Assembly: GCA_965202585.1 (NCBI GenBank)
Contig: OZ241832.1
Coordinates: 6,262,001 to 6,326,000 of the forward strand
Reading direction: 5' to 3'
Origin: Thalia democratica
Lineage: Eukaryota
Length of the DNA: 64,000 bases
Below are positions 52,794-64,000 of the stretch, piece by piece. Position 1 is the first letter of the stretch. Each line of letters begins with the position of its first letter. A program made the translations under genes and the position numbers. The notes below the pieces were generated by a model. It was not told where the DNA came from, searched no databases, and was given only the letters and a program-made list of their open reading frames with translations.

Positions 52794-53833
52794 TTTGTTA
52801 TAGAAACTTCTTAAATAAAGCTGTTGAAAATTTTTTGTTGAATGTTTTAAGCGTTGTTGTCAGATTTTAACCAGAATAAAGCCAAATGTATTTAAAACAC
52901 GTTTCAATTTTTTGTAATCTAGCAACTTTACTTAAAACTACTTGTTATTTTTCTAACTGATGTTTTGATCAAATTGCTGTATATGGTTTGTAGCACAGTT
53001 GTCAGGCTGGATTTTTTTACAGATGATGGAAAACTTTAAGTTTTTGAATTTAAACTTTTACTAGTGATGCTAATACTATCAATAAAATTATCAGCGTTTT
53101 AATTATTACGTCACTATACATAAAACTTTATTGCTTTCACAATTTTGTAGAGTAAAAGTGGACTGGACAGAAAAACTTTGATTTTTGTATTTATTTAAAA
53201 AATTGCATAAAAAATGGGTGAATTTTACATTTAGAATGATAAGTCAAAATAACTGTTTTATAAGCACTGAAGTTAAAGTTTCGAGCAAGTTTTAAAAAAT
53301 TAGTACATAATCAAAAATTTAGATAAAAAGTTATGGTCGAAACAAATACAAAACATTGTAAAAAATATGTCAAGTGTATGCGATATGAACTGTAAGTAGT
53401 AATCAAAAACTAATAGAGATATTACATGTGTTTGAAAGATGTGAAAAAGTAACAGTTTACATATATTCAACGGTTAAACTAAATTTTAAAGTTACTCAGC
53501 TGATGCAAGTAATTTAATTCAGCTTTGAAACAAAAACAAAGTAAAATCTAAGGGCTAGAAAAATCTTTAAATGGTATGTTTGAACTTGCTTTAAACAAGA
53601 AACTAATTCTAAGTTTTTTTAATATCACAAAGTAAAGGTTTACAGTATTTTAGACATGGAATTTGAACAGGCGACGATACAGCGAACAACCAAGATTAAT
53701 TCAAGGAAACATAAAACAACAACGTCACACTGAATTAGTTCCGTATAATTGTTGAACTTGATTTAGAGCATGATAGCCGGATTATTTACTACAAATATGT
53801 ATAACTTGTAGTCAATATCCAGAAAATAATACT

Positions 53834-54212
53834 AAAAACCACGGTACAAAAATACGAAACTTTTTTTGAAAATTTCTTCAAGGTTTTTTAAGAACTTTTG
53901 CTCTTTTTTAGTACAAAATAAAATTAAAGCTGAAAATTTGTTTTAATTAGTATATTAATTTATATAATATATAATACTATATATATATAATATATATATA
54001 TAGTATTAAATATATTTTTTGAATAATAATAACTCTATATAAATCGTATTTAATAGAATTTTCAATACTTAACATAAAAAAATCTTATTTCTTTTTTAAA
54101 TTTCAGATTTTTACAGGTTTTTTAATGTTTTTAGTTCAAAATTCTAGGTTTTTTTAGAGTATTTCAACCCAAATTGTCAAATACCAGGTTTTCAAGTCTT
54201 TTTGCAACCCTG
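53834..54212. mobile_element. Unit 3 copy of the TIR element relic, with an internal (TA)n palindromic insertion
   Basis: Ends TGCAACCCTG at 54203-54212; colinear with 1090-1440. Confidence 0.55.
53951..54008. repeat. (TA)n-rich insertion containing a 37-bp palindrome, unit 3 only
   Basis: TAATACTA (53972-79) [TA run] TAGTATTA (54001-08) replaces AAAACAACGTACTATTACGAAAA of units 1 and 2. Confidence 0.75.
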
Positions 54213-55739
54213 TTTATATACTACTTTGGTACTTTAAAAGATTTTCGCTTATTATACAACTGTGGTAATTAAGTGTAGTAGTAACTAACGAAGTTACTTT
54301 ACAGAAATTAAACTACTAAAAAATTTTAGAAAGAAAATAAATGAACCGATGGTTTATCACAGAGATTACTTTAATATTTAAACAGAAACTAGATTTAAAA
54401 ACCAAAAAAGCTTAGATATTGTTTAAATTAATCTTGAAAGAAATATATACAATAAGTAGAAAATAAAGAACATAAAACAATGGACTGGTACAGAAAAGAT
54501 TAAAAAATGGTTTTAACAGCTGAAAAAAACAAAAAGTATTCAAGCTTGATGTGCAATATATCTACACAACCAACAAGATATAACTAACAAAAGAATGTTT
54601 CACATTTATATATCAAAGTAAAGATATAAGATAAAAATGTCGGACAAATTGATGTTATTCAATAAGGCTTGAGTATTTATTAAAACAAAAAAAAAGTTAA
54701 TCTAGCTGTTTTTAGATTTGATACACACTTAGCGTGAAAAAAGTCACGTGTAACGGTCAAATATCAAATAAAAATTATATATACCATGAAAATGGACTGA
54801 ATAAGTCATAAAGACTTTAAATAGGAATTATATTTGAACTGTGTTAGTTACTTGAAGGTAAAATAAGTATCGTTTGAGACTTAAAGTTGAACTAATCATA
54901 CAAACCAACACAACAAGATGACGATTAACAATGAAATACTAAAAAAGAATGTAGTGGGCTAGAAGTAGAACTAACTTACGAAACAACAAAATAGAAATTT
55001 AATATCGTTGTCGACTTATAAACAAAGGCTATTGAATTTAGAAAACAATAGAGAATATTTTTTAAACAAACTTTTAATTAATTTTACACTAACACAAACA
55101 AAATAATGAGCTTCAAACTAAAATACAAAACTGGATCTACTTTCAATATTGTTGGAATAAGGTATGTTTGAATACGAATATGACATAATTCACAACTATT
55201 TTTCCCACAGTTTTGTTCTACTCTAAACCAATACCTTTTAAAAAATAAGTTATTTGAAATATTAAAGTTATTGTTAAAAAATAATAAAGTTAACAACCTC
55301 AAAGTAAGAATTAGTTGGCGTAACGGTATTTGATACAATTAATCGAAAGTACAGAGATTTGAACCGTTGAAACATTATTTTTATTATCAAATAAATCCAT
55401 GCGGTTGCTTATAAATTTTAAGTAAAGCAAATAACACGTAGTATGTCTAATTGTAAATAAACTAAAATAGTGACATGAACAACTTTTAACTGACTTTTAT
55501 AAACAAACCGTCTACAAGATATTTGGTAATTATGATACTTAGTTTTTAATACCATAAAATACTTTAACTATTTAAATTACAATAGAGGTTTATAAACTTA
55601 ACTACAATGCAAAACTTTTGTGTTACTTATAGAATAATACCAAGGTTGTCCACTATAAAACTTAACCATTCATATTGAAACACCAAGGATATATACTATA
55701 AAACGTTAAGCTTTACTTTTGGTTTAAACCTTTTAACGT

Positions 55740-55793
55740 TTTTTGGTTATTTTTTACCTAAACTGTCGAGTTCAAGGCAAAGTGGCAACCCTG
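55740..55793. mobile_element. Solo right end of a CAGGGTTGCCA-type element (unit 3 specific)
   Basis: TGGCAACCCTG at 55783-55793. Confidence 0.5.
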
Positions 55794-56959
55794 TGTGTAA
55801 AATTTATATAGACCATGAAGCTGGACTGAATAAATCATAAAGATTTCAAATAGGAAGTATGTTTGAACTTTGTTCATTACTTGAACGTTATAAAAGTACT
55901 GTTTGAGACATAAAGTTGAACTAATCATACAAACCATCACAGCAAGATGATGATTGATAATAAAATACTAATGATGACTGTAGTGAACTAGAACTGAGTT
56001 ACGAAACAACAAAATAGAAGTGTAATAAGGTATTAGACTTATAAACAAACGCTATAAATTTTTTTATCAAACAAACTTTTAATCAACTCTACGTCTGCAG
56101 TAATACGAACAAAATGATGAACTACCAACTAAAGAACAAAACCTTACTTCAATACTGTTTTAGAATAAGGAATGTTTAATCACGAAAATGACATAATTGA
56201 CAACTAATCATACAGTTTTGTTCTACTCTAAACCAATACCTTTTACAAAATAAATTACTTGAAACCTTAAAGTTGTTGTTAAAAAATAACTAAAGATAAA
56301 AACTTCAAAATAAGATTTAGTATTTTGACTACTAACTTATATCTTAGCAAAGAACAGTCAAAACAGGCAAGAAAATAAAGATTGAGACAGCAGTTCTAGT
56401 AATTGATAAGTTGCCAGAACAAAGTAAAGCATGAGTAACAATTTAGACACATAGGATTTTTTGAGGTGTATTCGATCAGTTTTGGGTTGCTCACACTGTA
56501 CGAAGCAGAAAATGTCTAATCTACTTATGTAAGCCACTTAAACAATTGTATTAGATAAAAAGCAGTGTCCGAGGTCTGTCAAAACTTGAACTGTATTTAG
56601 TTGTTTAACAGCAGATGAAAAACTGAGAATGCAAATACTCCAACAAAGACAAATGTAGTCAAACTTAAAGCTTTATCGTCAGAAAAGCTGGATATTGGAT
56701 AAGCTGAGACATAAATAAGAATGTATAACATTTTATTTAGTCTTTAATTAACTTTAGGCTAGCGATAGAGTTACTTTACAATAAAGCTTTAAGTATAATA
56801 TAATGACGTTTAAGACTTATAAATTCACGCTATTAATCAAAGAGAAATCATAGAAAAGAATTTTAAACAAGGTTCTAATAAAATTTACAAGCATTTTTTT
56901 TGAAAGTAACATTCTCAAAATGCAGTTTATAGTTATGATAAGCTTTCATATTAAGATCA

Positions 56960-57019
56960 TATCAAATCTCATGACATTTTCGAAAACCCCTAATTTTTCC
57001 TGGTTTTGTGGCAACCATG
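56960..57019. mobile_element. Solo right end of a CAGGGTTGCCA-type element (unit 3 specific)
   Basis: ...TTTTTCCTGGTTTTGTGGCAACCATG, with TGGCAACCATG at 57009-19. Confidence 0.45.
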
Positions 57020-57371
57020 TATATAACGGTTAAGTGTATCCGTGAAACTGTATACTTTAAAACAGGATGGTAACTTTACTATAAAAAGACATTTTATTTT
57101 ATTAAATTTCGAGTGAAATAAATATTTTTTAATGCAATAAATGATAATAGTATAATTTAGCGCAACAAGATGATAATTAATGATGAAATCATAAGAGTTG
57201 GTTGTAGTTTAAATATTTGTTCAATTTAAGTTTAGTAAGGGAGTGTACAAAACTACATGAATAAAACTGTTTAATTAAGAAACAGTGCTCTATCAAATTA
57301 AAATAGTAGGAAAACAAACAACAATGATTGTTTAATATCGAAATTAATTTTATAAAATCAAGACTTATGAT

Positions 57372-57653
57372 CAGGGTTGCCACAGGATTTCTTCTAGATT
57401 TTTTTAATTACACGTTTGTTGGTCTATTTTTAATTTAAAATTAAGTTTAAGGTAAACTGCGTTAAACAGTATAACAACATAACTGTATAGCTACTTTAAA
57501 TGTGTTTAAAATAAAAAAATAATGATGACAAATGATATTTATACATTTAATAGATTATTCGCGTCGAATCAAGGATTACTTAACATGTAAAAGTTGCTTA
57601 AAATTCAAGGTTTTTTCAAAGTTTCACAAGTTCCAGGTTTTTTGGCAACCCTG
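57372..57653. mobile_element. Intact 282-bp MITE with perfect 11-bp TIRs CAGGGTTGCCA/TGGCAACCCTG
   Basis: TIRs at 57372-82 and 57643-53; no coding capacity; flanks tatgat/aatgat are only an imperfect TSD; superfamily not assigned. Confidence 0.8.
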
Positions 57654-60600
57654 AATGATGAAAATTTTACAATAAACATAAAAAGTAGTCATTAGTATCA
57701 ATAAAGTATTGTGCACTTTTTATTTAACAGATCACATAATAATAATGACTAAATAATAAGGAGAATAATCAGTTTAATATTTTAAATTTTATTAACAAAA
57801 CAATCTTTACTCGTTTCAACTGAATCAAACGAGACCAGGCAATAAAATATTACTAGTTGATTACCATATATGCTTAAATAGAAGAATTTTATTAAAAAAA
57901 CATGTTATTCATTATTTATTATGCATATGTTAGTAATGCCTGCATTATATGACACGTATATACTTTGCTAATAAAGTACAAAACATTTTAAAACTAAACA
58001 ATATCTGATATTTACTATGTGTCCATAATTTGTGGTAATATAAAATTCTAATTTATAATAAATGAGACCTCCCAAATTAAATGATGACGTAATAATCATG
58101 AATAAATAAAAATACCGAAATTTTGTGAAAAAGACAGTAATTTGTTTGTTAGATTTTTAAAAATGGCCACGTTTTCTGAGTACAAATTAAGGTGTAAATA
58201 TACACTTTTATGAAGAAGAGCAAAATAGCTATATGGAAAAGTAACAACAATTAAAGTTTCCAACGATGCATTATGTTTGATAATAATAACGACTACAGTG
58301 AACAACTTAAATATTTTGTGGCTCATACACCGGTTGCAAAAAACTAGAAAAAAAAGAGTAACTTGTACGGGCTTTATCTCTTTTAAACAACGTCAGAGTG
58401 AAATAAGTCCATTAAGCCAACGTTCTTTACTTAACTTTGTTCTACATATAACAACAAAACTAAAATATAGTTACGAACTAGACCTATATGTAAACAATAG
58501 AATTACTTTATAAGAAACCATAGCATTTTTTAAACAGCCATTAGAAAAAAACAATAAAAAATAATTTAAATTATGACAATGAATCCAATTTTAACTTTGT
58601 TGAACTTTTGCAAAACAAATCATTAGTTAACACTATGTTTTAATTTATCCCAGAGCTTTGTTAATTTTTAAACCAATACTTATCTAACGAAAAACGTCCA
58701 CATAAAGTTTCTAATTATTGTAAATTATAGTAAAGCTTACCATGAATGCTGACGTTTTATTACTTTTAACGGAACATTTACATTCTATTGTATTTCATAT
58801 TAGTGATAAGCAGAAGACTTATCAATAGTGGAGAAGCTAATAAAAGGTTGACGATAAAAACGTACTTAGTTAATATTATAAAATTTTTGAGGCATTGTTT
58901 GAGTAATGAACTTGTATTTATACTAAAAATATAATGCATAACATTTAGTTGAATAAATATATATTTTTTCATTTAAACTCAGTTTCAGTTAGTAAGATTT
59001 AACATATATATTAACGGATAGATGTAATAAAATTAAAATATCATTAGGCAGAATTACATAAGGCCTAGAAGTGTACCTTACTTAAAGTGCGTACTTTACA
59101 GTTACATAGATAAATAAAAATGTCTTCATTATTTTTAAATATAAAGATGCCAAACAAGCACAACAATTAGAATTTTTTTATTAATAAACTTTTAAATATA
59201 AAACAACCAATTCATCATCAAAAAAATAAAAACTAAGAATACTTATACAAACCGTGAAACTAGACTGAAAAACTCTCAAAGCTTTATACAATGCTGGAAG
59301 TATACTCGAACTGTAATGTAAAAGTTTAATAAAAAATAATTAAAATATTAAGAAATAAGGTTGAAAATAATTATACAAACCAGCGCAACAATGACAAAAT
59401 ACTAAAAGCTGATTGTAATTTGAAAATTATTTTTTTTTGAAAATACTAAGAAAATCTACACACATCAAAGTTTTTATTTAAGAAATACTTTATATTCAAA
59501 CTGAAACAGTCTCAAAAAAATAACCAAAGTTTATGTAGAAAAACAAAAAGATTGAAGAGTGAACTTGTGAATCAATTGATCAATTTGATAGGTAAACTAA
59601 ACTTGTGATCGTACTGAAATACATAAAGCCCAGAGACGTACCTTACTTTAAATGCGTAACTTACATTTTTTAGATACCCTAACATTCTAACTGTCTTTAT
59701 TATTTTAAAATATAAAAATTCCAAACAAGCACGAAACTTATATCTTGTTTTTAAAAATTAAAAAAAGTTAATTAAACAAGACGCTCATTGAAATCATATA
59801 AAACTGAGAAGACTTATACGAATCGTGAAACTAGAATGAACTTTAAACAAGTACTGTTTGAGACATAAGGTGTAAATGTTCATAAAAACAACCACAACAA
59901 CATAATAGTAAATAACAAAACACTAATGACTTACTGTAGATCGAAGATTAGTATATTTTGAAAATATCAAGAGAATATTGTCTTTTGAATCTTTTATTGA
60001 TGGGAAACAAAATATTAAGAGCTTAGCAGTAAGAAATGCTATGAAGAGTAGAACATTTATTGTGGAAACACTAAGTGTTGTTTGTAAATTTCTTTTAGGT
60101 TTTAAAAAACACGTTTTTTGGTCCATTTTTAGTTGGTCATTTAATTTAAGTAAAAAAATTGTCTTTAATGAAATAACAACATTGTAAATATACTGTAAAG
60201 GTACTCCTAGTGTGTTATACAATGAAATTATATACTGGTGATACAAAAAAATTCGTTACTTTACATAAAATAAAAAATAATGTTTTTATTAACTTTGGTT
60301 CGAACTGTTCTGGGGTTTTCCAGGGTTTTAGGTTTCAAAAAGTCGACAACATAGCTCTTTACAGGGGCTACAATCAATAATAAAAGTGATGAACCGAAAA
60401 AGTAAATGTGTAATCAACAGTAAGGAGTTTTTTGTTACTTGTGCCAAGTGGACATTTAAAAAAAAAAATTGTGAAACCTCGGAACTAAGAGCTTAATAAA
60501 AACTTAATCATAAAATTATAATCGCAGCTATTTTGACATACTTAAACTAATCAAAGCATATAAGAGTCCACCCTATTTGATTTAATATCGAAAAACGAGT

Positions 60601-62455
60601 TTAATCTGGAATATTTAAACTGGATTTATTGAATTAGTTAAGAAAGTAGTTTGACTGAATGGGTCATGACTTTGAATGAATAACGTATACGAAGCATTAA
60701 CTTTGTTTTTGTCTAACAAATAACAAACATAACAAAGATAATGCAGTATCCCGACATGAAATATGACATGTTTAATTCAACCGAGAACTAAAAAAGTAAA
60801 AAATGAGAGTGCTAACTATTAAAACCAAGTAAGTTCACAAACAAGTTTAAATATATCAAAAATAAAAGAACATTATTCATTACTTTCCACATAAAAAATT
60901 GTTAAACAAAATATGTTTGTTTAAAGACTCAATAATTAAGAAAGGACCCACTGATTGTATATATTAAAAACAATTCACGTAGCTATAGAAAACGTAAACA
61001 TAAACTGTATTTGTTTAACAATAGTAAAATTTTTATTACGAAATGAACGGTTTAGTTAACAAATTAAAAAAAACTTAAGTATGACTAAAACCTGAAGTAT
61101 TTATTGGTAACACGTTAACGTCTATAGTTAATATGTAAAGTTACTCTGATTAACTTAAATTTATAGAAAAAATACTTAAAATAGAAAATTAAATGAAATT
61201 AACTAACTGCTGGACAAAGCAATCGTAAAACAGTTAAAAATCATATATGTACTTGAAAAAAACAACTACTTTGTTTGATTTTAATATGCAAAGTTGCAAC
61301 TTTAGAGAGTTAAACATTTCAGTTGGAACATTTGTTAACCTTTTATGACAAAATAATTTGGCACAGATTTAGTCTGTTTATTAGTTTACTAAAAAAGTTT
61401 TTATGTACTTTGCATATCAAATTATAAGGTTCTGTCTAGATTAAGTATATTGTTTATAAAAATACGCAGTAACAAGTATAGTACATACACACATATAATT
61501 GAGCTGTTACTTGTTAAAACTAAATAATTTTTATATAGAAAGTTTTGTGTTTAAGTTTACCATTGCTATCTAAGCATTTTTAACTACTTGCAAAAGACAG
61601 TTTTTAAATATAACTTGCATATATCTATATGATAAATATTACTACTACTAGAATAATTATTAAAAAACTTATAACCAATGAGAATACCGGATTATGACGC
61701 AAGAACGTAGTAAAATAAAATAATTAATAAGTTCAAGGATTTGACGTGGAAAAAAGCAGAAAACGAAAATACAATTGATGCAAATGATTTGTAAATTTAC
61801 CTAATTTTATGTGGACAAGTTAAGACGTAAATTTATAGTAGAAGTATTTAAAACAAGTGGCTCATGAGTAATATATATCTGTTATCTTTCATACAACTAA
61901 AGAGTGAAATTAGTCTGTTCTATCTAATAACTTCTAGTGAAAATAAAGTTTGAAGTACTAGCACATTAACTCGGACGTAACTCATTAAAAAACTGGTAAA
62001 TCTTAATATAATAGATGTTTTATCTTCAATTATTAGAAAGTTATTTGCTTAAAAAGATAGTTTATAAACATAACTTAAGTTTATTTTACATAAGTAGCAA
62101 TAACCTAAAAAATTATATAAAAAAGAGACTGCCTCATTATGACGCAACAATATGGTAAAACAAAATAAAAAAAAATTAAGGATTTAATGTTGAAAAATAG
62201 CAGAAAAAGAAAAGTTCGTATAATTGATGCAAATGATTTTTTAAATTTCCTAACTTTAAGTGGACAAATTAAGAAGAAAATGTTTAATGTATAAGTAGCA
62301 TAAATTTGAAACAAGTGGCTCATTAGTAATTTATATCTGTTATCTTTCATACAACTTGATAGTTTAATAAGTCTGTCATATGTTTTCGTTAAGTGAAAAT
62401 TAAATTCAGTCATGTATTAGTCATGACTTAAAAGTACTAGCACATTTTCTCGTAC

Positions 62456-63011
62456 ATCCAAGTCATAACTCAAAAAGGTGCCGACCAGCAGAGTAACCGG
62501 GCCTAAAGGACAAGAATTAAAAAAAAACAAAGGGCAGGCCGGGAGATGACAGGTGCGAAGCACCGTGTCATCGACCGGCCGTAGCCCTTTGTTTTTTTTT
62601 AATTCTTGTCCGCTACCTAAAACTTACTTTTCAAACTCATCAATATAAAACCACTCAGTCAATAACTAAAAAACTATCAACCGATATTACCGTCAGGCCT
62701 TTAATGGTCATACATCAATAAGTTAGATAACATAAGCTCAAGGTTGTTTAAAAGATAACAGATAAAGACCGTACAAATATAACGCAAAAACGTACATTTG
62801 TTTGGCAGTTACGCTACTCACGGTCCATTTGACAGAAAAAGGTGGCCTTCAAGAAAAAAGGCCGCGAAGAAAAAGAGAGAAGGAAAAAGTGAAAATTTTT
62901 TCGCCGGCGGAGCCGGCGAAATGCCTTAAAAAATTATTTTAAATAATATACATCAAAAAATTCCCACCCATTTTCACATTAGGGGAATCCCCAATTTGAA
63001 AAAATGGGTGA
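62456..63011. mobile_element. Unit 3 copy of the hairpin island
   Basis: Main hairpin at 62508-62611; the left arm (ACAAAGGG) pairs better than in units 1 and 2. Confidence 0.65.
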
Positions 63012-63233
63012 CAGGGCTTTGAAATTTAGTGCGCACCTTACGCGGATGCGTACTTCTTAAAAATTACCTCTACTGTAACAGGGAATGAGTAATAAAAAAT
63101 TTAGTGCGTACCTTACGCAAATGCGTACTTCTTAAAAACAACCTTTACTTGTAACAGGGAATGTATATTAAAAAAATTAGTGCGTACTTTATGCGGGTGC
63201 GTACCTTATGCGCTTAATATGGTTTAGAGCCTA
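63012..63233. mobile_element. Unit 3 copy of the GTGCGTAC-subrepeat element, with one extra subrepeat
   Basis: 222 bp versus 147 bp; three subrepeat heads. Confidence 0.6.
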
Positions 63234-64000
63234 AATTAAATGAAATTGGTTCAGCCATCAACCTCGTTGGTCACCTATTGTTTTACATATACACAGAAAA
63301 CATTTCATAGATCTAACTGATGTACTTCTTAATGACAGAAAATGAACCAAATAAAAAGATTACTATCAAAAACAAGTTCTTTAAATGTTTACATGGACAA
63401 ATCTGTTTATATGATTGAACTGTGTTCTATGTACATTGAAACAATAGGCGCTTAACTTGCTTGTGTAAATTAACTTTACTTGGTAATCTTTTCAAAACAT
63501 TATAAACTTTATTTAATCAAAAATAAGTATGCACTTGAGATTTTGATTTAGATATTCTTGTCAAAAACTATATTTAAATTGTCACACACTGTTTATAGCT
63601 TTATTTAAATTCAATTTTAAACTGTTCCTACTACAAGATATCATACTACTGTATTTTACATAATAACTTGACTAATTAACAAACAATTATCTCTTTATCT
63701 ACTAAAACATATGCTTTTTATGCACTGTTACTAGAACTACTCACTGGTGTATTTTATTAACTTTATATTTTTACTAATAGACTTAAAATTAGACTGTCTA
63801 GTGCATTAATCATTGAATTTAGACAGCTTATTAAGTTTACATATAAACTAAAGGTGTTTACTATTTTGAATTCATCAATACATTGTTACAAACTAAAACA
63901 ATTAAACCATACTACTCTATGTGACTGATTTTCCTGTTATTCATTTCAAAATTTGTTTTAAAACTACCTGCATCATTTAAAACCTTTATGTCTGTATTAA
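63234..64000 (+). pseudogene. Unit 3 start of decayed LRR block 2 (truncated by the window end)
   Basis: Colinear with 12039-12800, with scattered SNPs and indels. Confidence 0.55.

Larger units (their letters stand above)
54794..62455 (+). pseudogene. Unit 3 version of decayed LRR block 1
   Basis: KLLETLKLLLKNN* (56252-93). ORF 58277-58513 contains NNLNILWL and ELDLYVNNRITL. Confidence 0.6.
52740..64000 (+). repeat. Partial, diverged and rearranged repeat unit 3 (corresponds to ~1-12800 of unit 1)
   Basis: Colinear with unit 1 but with SNPs, 424 bp of extra sequence (54366-54789), a non-allelic block (55730-57066) and many small indels. ORFs 59923 and 59978 are variants of 8814 and 8869. 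Confidence 0.95.

Noticed and set aside
57364-57661. Assigning the MITE to hAT or P superfamily from its TSD
   Set aside because: The flanks (cttatgat / aatgatga) give no perfect 8-bp duplication.
1-64000. CRISPR array, prokaryotic defence operon, rRNA or tRNA
   Set aside because: No regularly spaced short repeats, no operon-like gene density and no RNA-gene signatures; the sequence is eukaryotic.

Overview
Very AT-rich eukaryotic (animal-like) genomic DNA with GT-AG splice signals and TIR-bearing non-autonomous elements; no prokaryotic operons, rRNA, tRNA or CRISPR were seen. The window is a tandem array with a period of about 26.4 kb. Unit 1 is 1-26364, unit 2 is 26365-52739 (offset 26377 over most of its length and almost identical to unit 1), and 52740-64000 is a partial, more diverged and rearranged unit 3. 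Each full unit holds five things. (i) A terminal exon fragment encoding a tyrosine-motif-rich C-terminal tail, followed by AATAAA, at the unit junction. (ii) About 15 kb of apparently non-coding DNA that reads at motif level as heavily decayed leucine-rich-repeat (LRR) coding sequence, plus an inverted LRR relic. (iii) Several MITE-like TIR elements and a GC-rich island with three hairpins. (iv) Two orphan exon-like segments. (v) A cluster of BACK-Kelch (KLHL-like) genes with no recognisable BTB: three long copies, a fourth fused fragment and two older 'ghost' exons, nearly all disabled. My working hypothesis (inference) is a birth-and-death graveyard of LRR receptors and Kelch ubiquitin-ligase-adaptor-like genes that is still being amplified. 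The LRR calls are by-eye motif readings in AT-rich DNA and need frameshift-aware searches. The near-identity of units 1 and 2 could also be an assembly artefact.
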